From an uncultured Actinomycetota bacterium (lineage in GTDB: Bacteria > Actinomycetota > Humimicrobiia > Humimicrobiales > Humimicrobiaceae), in contig CAYMPQ010000002.1 in the NCBI GenBank assembly GCA_964392345.1, positions 1 through 56,495 on the forward strand: DNA of 56,495 nucleotides, written 5' to 3'. Shown in pieces: positions 28,196 through 37,582 of this stretch (position 1 is the stretch's first letter; each line of letters starts with the position of its first letter). A program made the translations under genes and the position numbers. A model generated the notes under the pieces. It saw only the letters and a program-made list of their open reading frames with translations, was not told the origin of the DNA and did no database searches.

Positions 28196-28960
28196 ATGAG
28201 TTACCCTTATTTTTTTATAAAAAAAGACGATGTTGCCGGAAACGAGATAATAGTCAAAGAAGAATTAAATCACCTGATAAATGTTTTAAGGATAAGAAAG
28301 GGTGATTATATAAAGGTTTCAGATAATAACAAGTACAGGTATGGAACCGAAGTCACAGGTGTGAGCAAATATGGAGTTACGCTGCTAATTAGAGAAAGAA
28401 TAAAAATTTTTAGGAGACTGCCGCACATAGTTTTGTTTCAGTGCATTCTTAAAAAGAATGCCATGGAAATTGCAATCCAGAAAACAGTTGAGATAGGCAT
28501 TGACAGGATTGTCCCGGTTTTCAGCAGCAGGGTTATAACAGATAATAAAAAGACAGAAAATAAAATTAAGCGCTGGCAAAAAATTGCTAAAGAGGCATCA
28601 AAACAGTGTAAGAGGGATTTTATATGTGAAATCGCTCCTTCTGTAAATATTTATAATATTGAAGCATCGGAATTTGATGTTTTCTATATTCCATATGAGG
28701 GTTATGATAAGGTAAAAAACAAGGAAATAAATTATCCGGGCAGGTTAAATAATATTGACAGCAAAATAAGCAGTGCTAAAAGTATCGGATACATAATAGG
28801 TCCAGAGGGTGGTTTTGAAGAAAGAGAAGTATCGTTTTTTAAAAAAAGCGGAGCTATTGCAGTAAATTTTGGCAAGAAAATATTAAGATCAGAAACTGCC
28901 TCAGTTTATTTTTTATCTATAGTGGATTATATTTTGAGTATAAAAGCAAAAAATGATTGA
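28196..28960 (+). CDS. rsmE: 16S rRNA (uracil1498-N3)-methyltransferase RsmE
   Basis: YFF... N-terminus with a PUA-like domain, a C-terminal SPOUT region (GPEGGF.E.E...LG..ILR.ETA), and the conserved position after dnaJ. Confidence 0.85.
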   Translation: MSYPYFFIKKDDVAGNEIIVKEELNHLINVLRIRKGDYIKVSDNNKYRYGTEVTGVSKYGVTLLIRERIKIFRRLPHIVLFQCILKKNAMEIAIQKTVEIGIDRIVPVFSSRVITDNKKTENKIKRWQKIAKEASKQCKRDFICEIAPSVNIYNIEASEFDVFYIPYEGYDKVKNKEINYPGRLNNIDSKISSAKSIGYIIGPEGGFEEREVSFFKKSGAIAVNFGKKILRSETASVYFLSIVDYILSIKAKND

Positions 28961-30287
28961 TATAAAATTTTCAATAAATACGCTCGGATGCAAAACCAAT
29001 CTAAGTGAATCAGATTATATTATAAAAGAACTATTGGGCAAAGGATTTAAGCTTGTACAGTATAGTGATGACCCTGATTTTTGTATTATTAATACCTGTA
29101 CGGTAACTTCCCAAAGTGACAGGAAAGTAAGACAGATTGTAAGGAGAATAAAATCAAAGTCTCCTTTAAGCACGGTGATTGTGACTGGATGCTATGTTGT
29201 TTTTAACGAGAAGTTTTTGCTGGACAGCGGAGTTGACTGCATGGTAAAAAATAAGGACAAACACAGCATCCCTTCTGTGATTGAGGAGTTAGCACGCAGA
29301 AGGTGGAATACAAAAACTGGTCTGGCTGTAAGTTCTGGGAATAAGAAATTCCAAAACTTAGTTCATAGCAGGGCACTGGTAAAAATTCAGGATGGATGTG
29401 AACAGAATTGCAGCTACTGCATAATCCCTAAAGTGAGGGGAGGCTACAGGAGTACACCTGATGAGTTAGTTTTGGCACAAATTAGAAATTTAGCTGCAGC
29501 AGGTTTTGATGAAGTTGTGCTTACAGGAATTCATATTGGAAAGTATGCTGTAGATATTGATACAGAGACTTGCAGTGGTGGCAGAAATGCCAGGGATTTG
29601 GCAGATTTGCTTGAAAAAATTATAGAGTCTTCAAGTATAAAAAGAATAAGATTAGGTTCCATCGAAATAAATGAAATTGACAGCAGGATTACTGACTTAA
29701 TTAAAGAAAGTGGTAGAATTGCGCCTCATTTTCACATACCACTTCAAAGCGGGAGTGATAAGATCTTAAAACTTATGAGAAGACCTTACAGCAGGGGCTA
29801 TTTTTTAAATATGGCGGGATCCATTAAAAAGTCTGTTCCGGATATAGCAATAACAACTGATGTTATTGTTGGGTTTCCTTATGAGAGTGAAGAAGATTTT
29901 ATGCAAACTGTGGACTTAATAAAAAAGGTTTCTTTCAGCAAGCTGCATGTCTTCAAATATTCTAGGAGGATGCATACAGAAGCTTACAGTATGGGGGGAC
30001 AGGTTGCAGAAAGTGTTAAATCTGAAAGGAGCAAGTTTTTAAGGGAGATTGGCAGCAAGCTAAGAAATGATTATATAAGAAATGGTGTTGGTAAATTTTT
30101 TAAGGTAGTTACAGAAAAAGTGGATAAGGAGAAAAAGATTGCAGTTGGAACCTCTGAGAATTATATTAAAGTTTATTTTCCATTAGATTGCAGTGATGCT
30201 GAAATTTTAAAGAAGGGAAAATTGGTTGAAGTTAAAATAGAATCAGCATATGAGGATGGCTTAATTGGAAAAATGCACAAAACATAG
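28953..30287 (+). CDS. mtaB: tRNA methylthiotransferase MtaB (radical SAM, MiaB family)
   Basis: N-terminal LGCKTN, the radical-SAM motif CEQNCSYCIIP, a C-terminal TRAM-like region, and yqeV-like synteny. Confidence 0.85.
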   Translation: MIDIKFSINTLGCKTNLSESDYIIKELLGKGFKLVQYSDDPDFCIINTCTVTSQSDRKVRQIVRRIKSKSPLSTVIVTGCYVVFNEKFLLDSGVDCMVKNKDKHSIPSVIEELARRRWNTKTGLAVSSGNKKFQNLVHSRALVKIQDGCEQNCSYCIIPKVRGGYRSTPDELVLAQIRNLAAAGFDEVVLTGIHIGKYAVDIDTETCSGGRNARDLADLLEKIIESSSIKRIRLGSIEINEIDSRITDLIKESGRIAPHFHIPLQSGSDKILKLMRRPYSRGYFLNMAGSIKKSVPDIAITTDVIVGFPYESEEDFMQTVDLIKKVSFSKLHVFKYSRRMHTEAYSMGGQVAESVKSERSKFLREIGSKLRNDYIRNGVGKFFKVVTEKVDKEKKIAVGTSENYIKVYFPLDCSDAEILKKGKLVEVKIESAYEDGLIGKMHKT

Positions 30288-30385
30288 GGGGATGTGATGC
30301 CTGCGCATTTGTTGTAAAGATCTAAAAATAGAGTATAATTTGCAGTTTGGTGGTAAAATATACATATTTGGGAGGCAGTAATATT

Positions 30386-30730
30386 ATGGAAAATTGTCTT
30401 TTTTGTAAAATTATAAATAAAGAAATAGATAGCAGTATTGTTTATGAGACTGATAATGTTCTTGTATTTAAGGATATAAGTCCAAAAGCGCCAGTTCATT
30501 TTTTAATGGTCCCTAAAAAACACGTAAAGTCTATCATGGAAATAGAAGAACTGGGTTATGATACAATTAAAGAGATGATGGACATGGTTGTAAAGGTAGC
30601 TAAAAATTATGAGCTGGGTAAAGATGGGTTTAGGCTGGTGACAAATACAGGAATCGGCGCAGGTCAGAGTGTGGAGCACTTACATTTTCATATCATGGGC
30701 AAAAGAAAGTTTGGATGGCCCCCTGGCTAA
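30386..30730 (+). CDS. HIT-family (histidine triad) protein
   Basis: MENCLFCKII...HLHFHIMG. A ggagg RBS lies 10 nt upstream of the ATG at 30386, so the track start at 30347 is rejected. Confidence 0.9.
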   Translation: MENCLFCKIINKEIDSSIVYETDNVLVFKDISPKAPVHFLMVPKKHVKSIMEIEELGYDTIKEMMDMVVKVAKNYELGKDGFRLVTNTGIGAGQSVEHLHFHIMGKRKFGWPPG

Positions 30731-30802
30731 ATATGATAAAAAATAAATTTAGCCGTTATGTAAAATAGCCGGTTAAGTGTAATCTTTAAAGGAGCGTAAA
30801 CT

Positions 30803-31786
30803 TTGTCTATTATCAAACAAAAATTCACCCTTGATTTTGTGGGGAATCATTCAATTGCAGAGTTACTTGGAGATAGAGATAAGCTGGTTAAACTGGTAGA
30901 GAAAGAATATAATGTAGAAGTTTTTGTATTAGGCAATGATATCGAAGTAACAGGTAAAAGTAAAAATGTTAATAAAGTAAAAAAATTACTTAATGAGCTA
31001 ACCCTGCAGATTAATCTTGGACAACAAATAAATGCTCAGAAAATTGATGATTCAATAAGGATTATGGAAAGTAAATCAATATTAACTCCACATGAAATAT
31101 TTAATAATCTTATTACAGTAAGCAGTGGTAAGAAAATTAAACCGCGCACTGAAGGTCAGCAGAAATATGTTGAGGCTATTAAAGAAAATACCATTGTATT
31201 TAGTATAGGCCCTGCCGGCACAGGGAAGACTTATTTAGCTTTGGCTATGGCTGTAAATGCACTTGAAAAAAATGAAATTGGGAGAATAGTTTTAGTGAAG
31301 CCGGTAGTTGAAGCTGGCGAAAAGCTGGGATACTTGCCGGGTGATATTTATGATAAAGTAAACCCTTACCTAAGGCCGCTTTATGATGCTTTATATGAAA
31401 TGATAGATGTTGAAATATTTCAGCAGTACATGGATATGAGTATTATAGAAGTAGTTCCGCTGGCTTATATGAGGGGGCGTACCCTAAATAATTCTTTTAT
31501 TATTCTTGATGAGGCACAAAATACATCTCCTGAACAGATGAAGATGTTCCTTACACGATTAGGATTTGGTTCCAAAGTTGTGGTAACAGGAGATATCACT
31601 CAGGTAGATTTACCAGTAGAAAAGAAATCAGGGCTTATTTTAGTAAGAAAAATACTGGAGAATATTCCCGGAATAGAATTTGTGTATCTTACTTCTAAAG
31701 ATATTGTAAGGCACGCATTAGTCCAGAAGATAGTGGATGCTTACAAAGCATATGAGGAAGATTTAAAGAATGATAGCAAGAAATAG
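30803..31786 (+). CDS. phoH: PhoH-like ATPase
   Basis: GPAGTGKTYLA, ILDEAQN, VTGDITQVDLP. Confidence 0.9.
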   Translation: MSIIKQKFTLDFVGNHSIAELLGDRDKLVKLVEKEYNVEVFVLGNDIEVTGKSKNVNKVKKLLNELTLQINLGQQINAQKIDDSIRIMESKSILTPHEIFNNLITVSSGKKIKPRTEGQQKYVEAIKENTIVFSIGPAGTGKTYLALAMAVNALEKNEIGRIVLVKPVVEAGEKLGYLPGDIYDKVNPYLRPLYDALYEMIDVEIFQQYMDMSIIEVVPLAYMRGRTLNNSFIILDEAQNTSPEQMKMFLTRLGFGSKVVVTGDITQVDLPVEKKSGLILVRKILENIPGIEFVYLTSKDIVRHALVQKIVDAYKAYEEDLKNDSKK

Positions 31787-33962
31787 AAAAATAATAAATA
31801 AGACCAAAGAAATTATAAAGCACAAAAATGGCAACAACAATAATAAAAAGGCCATAGGGTTTTTCCGTAAATATTTTTCTTTTAAAAGCAAGCATGCTCA
31901 GAGGCTATATTTATTTGTTTTGACTGCAGCCCTTGTAATTACTATTCTTTCCTATAATTATGCCCCTAATATTGTAGTAGAGATTGGCAAGCCAAGTCCT
32001 CGTACAATCAAAGCAAGCAGAAATGTAGATTTTGAGGATATGGAAAAAACAGAAGAAGATAGAAGTAAAAATGTGGCCGAAGTAGAAGATGTATATAAAT
32101 ATGATGTAAATATATTAAGCGGTGAAGAAGGAGCTCTTTACCAAATTAGATATTTTTATACATTGGCCAGGATTGTTCAGAAAAAAGTTGATATGTCTTT
32201 TGAGGAAAAGGTTGAGTATCTGTCTAACATGCTTGGGAATGTATATCCAGAGCCAATTATTTCATCTGTTCTTGAGCTATCTATAGAGGAAAATAATTTT
32301 CTCGCAGAGAAAACCCAGGAAATTGCAAAGCAGGTAATGAGAGATGAAATTAGGCCCACAGAATTAGATTTTGTAAAAAATAAAACCATAGAATTTATTA
32401 AAAATGATAAAGATATAAAGGAAGAATACGTACCCATAATAAGTGCTGTTCTTCAAAAAAATATCCAGCCTACTGCTGTATTTGATTCCGTAGCTACAGA
32501 AAATGCTAAAGAAGAAGCAAAGCAAAACACTCCTCCTCATATTGTCAGCATTACAAAGGGACAAATTATTGTTTCCGAAGGTGAAATTGTCAGCCAAAAT
32601 GATATACAAATATTGGCAAAATTAGGTTTATTGCAAAGACAATACAACTGGTACAGATTTTTTTATATATTTTTTATAGTTTTTATAGTTTTATTTTTGT
32701 TTGGATTTTATATATACAGATTTAACACAAAAATCTTTAATGATTTAAAGAAATTATTCTTAAATTCTTTAATTATAGTTGTGTTTGCTGCAATAATAAG
32801 ATTGCTTACATTTCTTTCTTCTGTTCACCTGGAGCTGTGGAATTATCTATTTCCAGTAATTGCAGCGTCAATGCTCTGTACTATTATCTTTGATTCCCGC
32901 ATAGGTATAATGATGACTATTTGTCTCAGTATTTTTTCTGGAATAGCCACTGATTTTGATTTCAGCATCATGCTTGTTTATATACTTGGTGGAATTTTTG
33001 CTACATACCTGGTATCAAATGTTTCACAGCGGTCAGAAGTGATGAAAGCTGGTTTTATAAGTGCACTTATCCTTGGATTTTTATTCTTGATTGTAAATCT
33101 TATTGGCGGGGAAGTGCAAACCATAGCTCTGTATACAATGTTAGGCGTGCTAAATGGTATTGTATGTACAGTTATGACAATAGGGCTGCTTCCGTTTATT
33201 GAATCTACATTCAGAATAGTAACTGCTATGAGATTGCTTGAACTTTCCCACACCGATCAACCACTCTTAGAGAAACTTTTGATTTCTGCTCCTGGCACAT
33301 ACAATCATAGCCTGCTTGTAGGACATTTAGCTGAAAGTAGTGCAAAGGCTATAGAAGCTGATCCACTTCTTGTAAAAGTAGCTGCCCTGTATCATGACCT
33401 TGGAAAAATGAAAAGGCCTGAATATTTTTATGAAAATCAAATTGGCATTGAAAATATCCATGACCGCTTGAATCCATCAATGAGCAGAAATGTAATAGCA
33501 AATCACATAAAGGATGGCATAGAGATAGCAATTAAAAATAAAATTCCTGAGGAAGTAATAGAGATTATTTCTCAGCATCATGGGAATTCGCTGATAACTT
33601 ATTTTTATAAAAAGCAAAAGGATATGGAATTCGCTAAAGCATCAAATGGTGCTGCTGAAGGATTAAAGGGACATTTTAGATATCCAACTAAAAAACCTCA
33701 GAGCAAAGAAGCAGCTATCCTGATGCTGGCTGATTCAGTTGAAGCTGCTGTCAGGTCAATTGATGATGTGACTCCTAAGAAAATAGAGCAAATGGTAAAT
33801 GATATAGTAGAAGAGAGGCTAAAAGATGGCCAGCTGGATGATGCTGATATAAAAATAAAAGAAATAAACACAGTTAAAAGTACCTTAATTGAAGGCCTTA
33901 TTTCTATATATCACTCCAGAATTTCCTATCCTGAATCAGACTTAAAAGTTGTTCCTGAGTAG
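31770..33962 (+). CDS. pgpH: 7TM-HD membrane phosphohydrolase (PgpH/YqfF family)
   Basis: A large N-terminal extracellular region, about seven TM helices, and an HD domain (HSLLVGHLAE...LYHDLGK...QHHG). It lies between phoH and ybeY. Confidence 0.85.
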   Translation: MIARNRKIINKTKEIIKHKNGNNNNKKAIGFFRKYFSFKSKHAQRLYLFVLTAALVITILSYNYAPNIVVEIGKPSPRTIKASRNVDFEDMEKTEEDRSKNVAEVEDVYKYDVNILSGEEGALYQIRYFYTLARIVQKKVDMSFEEKVEYLSNMLGNVYPEPIISSVLELSIEENNFLAEKTQEIAKQVMRDEIRPTELDFVKNKTIEFIKNDKDIKEEYVPIISAVLQKNIQPTAVFDSVATENAKEEAKQNTPPHIVSITKGQIIVSEGEIVSQNDIQILAKLGLLQRQYNWYRFFYIFFIVFIVLFLFGFYIYRFNTKIFNDLKKLFLNSLIIVVFAAIIRLLTFLSSVHLELWNYLFPVIAASMLCTIIFDSRIGIMMTICLSIFSGIATDFDFSIMLVYILGGIFATYLVSNVSQRSEVMKAGFISALILGFLFLIVNLIGGEVQTIALYTMLGVLNGIVCTVMTIGLLPFIESTFRIVTAMRLLELSHTDQPLLEKLLISAPGTYNHSLLVGHLAESSAKAIEADPLLVKVAALYHDLGKMKRPEYFYENQIGIENIHDRLNPSMSRNVIANHIKDGIEIAIKNKIPEEVIEIISQHHGNSLITYFYKKQKDMEFAKASNGAAEGLKGHFRYPTKKPQSKEAAILMLADSVEAAVRSIDDVTPKKIEQMVNDIVEERLKDGQLDDADIKIKEINTVKSTLIEGLISIYHSRISYPESDLKVVPE

Positions 33963-34040
33963 TTTAATCGGTTTGTGTGGTTTTTGTTTAAAAAAGTTTT
34001 AGCTGTAAGCTATTTATCTTATTATGTGAGAGGGCGTTAA

Positions 34041-34532
34041 ATGAGAGTTATCTTAATCAACAATCAAGACAAAGTAAAGCTAAATTTGAACATTATGGAA
34101 AAGGTTATAACATACATCTCAAATAAATTTAATAGAAGCCAAAATTATGAGCTGAGCGTTGTATTTGCTGAAAAGGAAGAAATAAGACGATTAAATAAAA
34201 AGTATAGAAATGTGGACAGAGAAACAGATGTCTTGTCTTTTTCGTATGTGGAAAATAATAGTGAGCTTATTTTTAAAAAAGATGCAAATGAGTTTGGAGA
34301 TAAAGATGGGCACTTTACAATTGGTGAAATAATTATATGCCCTGAAGTTGCAGAGGAGAATGCTTGCAGAGCGAAAGCAAACTGGAACTCAGAATTAGAA
34401 ATAATATTGCTTGCGACTCATGGTATCCTTCATATATATGGTTATGATCATGAAGAAAGGGAAGGCAGAATAGAAATGGAGGGAATTCAGGAGAATATTT
34501 TAAATGATGCAATGTCTGTCTTTAAGATTTAA
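34041..34532 (+). CDS. ybeY: rRNA maturation endoribonuclease YbeY
   Basis: Zinc motif HGILHIYGYDH plus TDVLSF. Confidence 0.9.
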   Translation: MRVILINNQDKVKLNLNIMEKVITYISNKFNRSQNYELSVVFAEKEEIRRLNKKYRNVDRETDVLSFSYVENNSELIFKKDANEFGDKDGHFTIGEIIICPEVAEENACRAKANWNSELEIILLATHGILHIYGYDHEEREGRIEMEGIQENILNDAMSVFKI

Positions 34533-34608
34533 TACTCTTGACAGGTATTGTAAAATTTAGAGTAAGGGCGCTAAAAGAAAACATTTTTATTTAAGCCCAC
34601 AAAGTATA

Positions 34609-35088
34609 GTGGCTGCAATGGATATGGTAGACGTAAATATAGTTGAGATAAAAAATTTTGACAACAGATTGATAGCCAGGATAAAAGAATTAGAAAATAA
34701 AAATTTGGGAAGCAAAGCCTCAATCAATGAATGGGTTATACCGGTTATAATTAGATATGGAAAGCTGGCAGTGGTACAGAAAGCAGATGATGGTGAAATT
34801 ATCGGAGTATGTGAGCTAATAAAAAATTGGGATGACAATCAATCAGCTTTTGTCCATTCTTTTTATATTGACAGGGAATTTAGAGCACAGGGTATCGGCA
34901 AAATATTTCTGAGTAAAATAATAAGCATGCTGAAAGCGGAAAATTTAAAAACCATAGAATTGACAGTAGATCCAGAAAATGAAGCTGCTTTAAAATTGTA
35001 TAAAAAATACGGGTTTGCAGTTATTGATTTGAGAAAGGACGAATACGGAAGTGGAATAGACAGGTATTTAATGAGGTTAAAATTATAG
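34609..35088 (+). CDS. GNAT-family N-acetyltransferase
   Basis: Acetyl-CoA motif FRAQGIGKIFL and ALKLYKKYGF. Confidence 0.8.
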   Translation: MAAMDMVDVNIVEIKNFDNRLIARIKELENKNLGSKASINEWVIPVIIRYGKLAVVQKADDGEIIGVCELIKNWDDNQSAFVHSFYIDREFRAQGIGKIFLSKIISMLKAENLKTIELTVDPENEAALKLYKKYGFAVIDLRKDEYGSGIDRYLMRLKL

Positions 35089-35116
35089 TAAAAAAATAGT
35101 TATATAGAAAGGTAGG

Positions 35117-35827
35117 GTGATTAAAACGCTAACCAAAGAACAACTTGCAAAAACCATTGATCAGACATTGCTTGGCCCAACTGCAACTTTTCAAAATATA
35201 AATAACTTATGTATTAATGCTAAGAAGTACCACTTTGCTGCAGTGTGTATAAATCCATGTTTTATAGCTCCTTCCAGTAAAATATTAGCAGGGACCGATG
35301 TAAAGGTTTGTTCTGTTGTCGGCTACCCTCTTGGGGCAAACACTATTGAAACAAAAGTGTTTGAAGCCAGGGATAATGTAAAAAAAGGTGCAGATGAGTT
35401 GGATGTGGTAATGAATTTAGGGGCGCTAAAAAGTGGAAATTATTATTATATTGAAAAAGAAATGGGAACAATAGTCAGTGTTATCAGAAGAGAACAAATG
35501 GCAGAATACAACAGACATATTAATATTAAAGTAATTATTGAAACAGGTGTTCTTACCAGAGAGGAAATTAAAAAAGTATGCAGGATTTTGGAAGGTGTCA
35601 AAATAGATTTTATCAAAACTTCTACTGGCTTCGGAGTAAGAGGCGTAGAGCTTGATGATGTAAGAACCATAAGAGAAGCTGTTAGCAGGAATATAGGAGT
35701 AAAAGCATCGGGCGGAATTAAAACATTTAAAGATGCGCAGGCTTTGATAGATTCTGGTGCAACCAGACTCGGGACGAGTAGCGGGATAAATATAATAGAA
35801 GAATATGGTAGAATTTTTAACAAATAA
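35117..35827 (+). CDS. deoC: Deoxyribose-phosphate aldolase
   Basis: IDQTLL.PTAT, FIKTSTGF (Schiff-base Lys), VKASGGI, RLGTSSG. The start codon is GTG. Confidence 0.9.
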   Translation: MIKTLTKEQLAKTIDQTLLGPTATFQNINNLCINAKKYHFAAVCINPCFIAPSSKILAGTDVKVCSVVGYPLGANTIETKVFEARDNVKKGADELDVVMNLGALKSGNYYYIEKEMGTIVSVIRREQMAEYNRHINIKVIIETGVLTREEIKKVCRILEGVKIDFIKTSTGFGVRGVELDDVRTIREAVSRNIGVKASGGIKTFKDAQALIDSGATRLGTSSGINIIEEYGRIFNK

Positions 35828-35852
35828 AATGTCAAATCAAATTTTATAGTAA

Positions 35853-36632
35853 ATGCCCTCTTATAAAGCTAAAGCTGTCATTTTAAAGTCATACAAATTA
35901 GGTGAGTCAGATAAAATAATTAAAATGTATTCCCAGCAGGACGGGATGATCAGTGCAGTTGCAAAAGGAGCAAGGAAGGCAAAAAGTAAGTTTGGCGGCA
36001 GGCTTGAACTTTTCAATATTGTAGATTTAGAAATTTCTACTGGAAAAAGTCTGGATATTATAACACAGGCTGAAATACTAAAAAGTTTTAAGAATATTCC
36101 CAGTGATTTCTATAAATTTGTATTTTGCGAGATGATTAGTGAAATAGTTTTAAAGACCCAACATAGCGGAGGGTCTTCTGAGATGCTGTTTAAATTAATT
36201 TATGTTTGTTTCAATGAAATTGATGGCTTTGATAATGAAGATATAGTATCACTTAAAAAAGCAGTATGTTTTTTTGGGGCAAAAAGTATAAAGATCATTG
36301 GCTACAATCCTCTGCTTAAAAATTGTTGTAAGTGCGGTATGGATATGAAGGACTTATATTCTTTCCGAAGCAGTAATATCCCATTTTCAATAAAATTTGG
36401 CGGAATTCTTTGTGAGAGATGCTCAGAATTTTTGGAAGGCACAGTAAAGTTAGATGTTTCAGCCTACAGATTTTTGTGCGATTTATTTAATCTAAAAATT
36501 GAAGATTTTAGAGATATGGAAGTAAACTTGCAAGTTTTAAAAAAAGTGCGCAGTTTGATGGAAAATTATATAACCTATCATATTGATTGCAATATAAAGA
36601 GTTTCAAATATTTAAAGAAGATAGGGATATAG
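35853..36632 (+). CDS. recO: DNA repair protein RecO
   Basis: N-terminal OB fold (KAVILKSYKLGESDKIIKMYS...G), a C-terminal CxxC...CxxC zinc motif (CCKCG...CERC), and the position before glyQS. Confidence 0.85.
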   Translation: MPSYKAKAVILKSYKLGESDKIIKMYSQQDGMISAVAKGARKAKSKFGGRLELFNIVDLEISTGKSLDIITQAEILKSFKNIPSDFYKFVFCEMISEIVLKTQHSGGSSEMLFKLIYVCFNEIDGFDNEDIVSLKKAVCFFGAKSIKIIGYNPLLKNCCKCGMDMKDLYSFRSSNIPFSIKFGGILCERCSEFLEGTVKLDVSAYRFLCDLFNLKIEDFRDMEVNLQVLKKVRSLMENYITYHIDCNIKSFKYLKKIGI

Positions 36633-36692
36633 AGGCACATAATTGCAATAATAAATTGACTATTGAAATTAATATTATTAAAATAAGAGACT

Positions 36693-37568
36693 ATGAATTT
36701 TCAGGATATTATTTTTAATCTGCAAAAGTACTGGGCAGGCAACGGCTGCCTTATAAGACAGCCGATGGATTTAGAGAAAGGTGCCGGGACATTTAATCCT
36801 GACACGTTCTTGCGATGTTTGGGTCCGGAGCCCTGGAACGTAGCTTATGTTGAACCAAGCAGGAGGCCCACTGATGGAAGATATGGAGAAAATCCTTTCA
36901 GGACGCAGTTCTATTATCAATTTCAGGTTCTTTTAAAGCCATCTCCTGACAATGTAGTAGATTTGTATCTGGGATCTCTTAAGAGTCTTGGAATTGATTT
37001 AAAGCTGCACGATATAAGATTTGTAGAAGACGACTGGCAATCGCCAACTATAGGTGCAGCAGGATTGGGATGGGAAGTATGGGCCGATGGAATGGAAATA
37101 ACACAATTTACTTATTTCCAGCAAATGGGTGGAATCGTACTGAAGCCGGTATCAGCTGAACTTACTTATGGCCTGGAGCGGATAGCTATGTATCTTCAAA
37201 AGAAAGATAGCTTCTGGGATCTGGCATGGTCGGATGACATAACTTATAGCGATGTTCAGTTTGAATCTGAAAAAGAATGGTCCAAGTATAATTTTGAATT
37301 AGCAGATATTGATATGCTTGTAGATTTGTTTCAGAAATTTGAAAAAGAGTTTAGGAAAGTAATAAGCAAAAATCTGGTTTTTGTAGCATGTGAATATGTG
37401 TTAAAGTGCTCGCATGTTTTTAACTTGCTTGATGCAAGGGAAGCAATCAGTGTTGCAGAAAGAACATCTTATATTGCAAGAGTGAGGAGTCTTGCAAGAG
37501 CCTTATGTCAGTCTTATGTTTCCCAGAGAGAAAAGTTAGGCTATCCACTTTTAAAAAAGAATTCTTAG
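36693..37568 (+). CDS. glyQ: Glycine--tRNA ligase alpha subunit
   Basis: [44 protein letters not shown]. Confidence 0.95.
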   Translation: MNFQDIIFNLQKYWAGNGCLIRQPMDLEKGAGTFNPDTFLRCLGPEPWNVAYVEPSRRPTDGRYGENPFRTQFYYQFQVLLKPSPDNVVDLYLGSLKSLGIDLKLHDIRFVEDDWQSPTIGAAGLGWEVWADGMEITQFTYFQQMGGIVLKPVSAELTYGLERIAMYLQKKDSFWDLAWSDDITYSDVQFESEKEWSKYNFELADIDMLVDLFQKFEKEFRKVISKNLVFVACEYVLKCSHVFNLLDAREAISVAERTSYIARVRSLARALCQSYVSQREKLGYPLLKKNS

Positions 37569-37582
37569 AAAAGTTATAAAAC

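Noticed and set aside
36633-36692. Expected glycine T-box leader upstream of glyQS
   Set aside because: Only 60 nt separate recO from glyQ. That is too short for a T-box, and no specifier or T-box sequence is seen.
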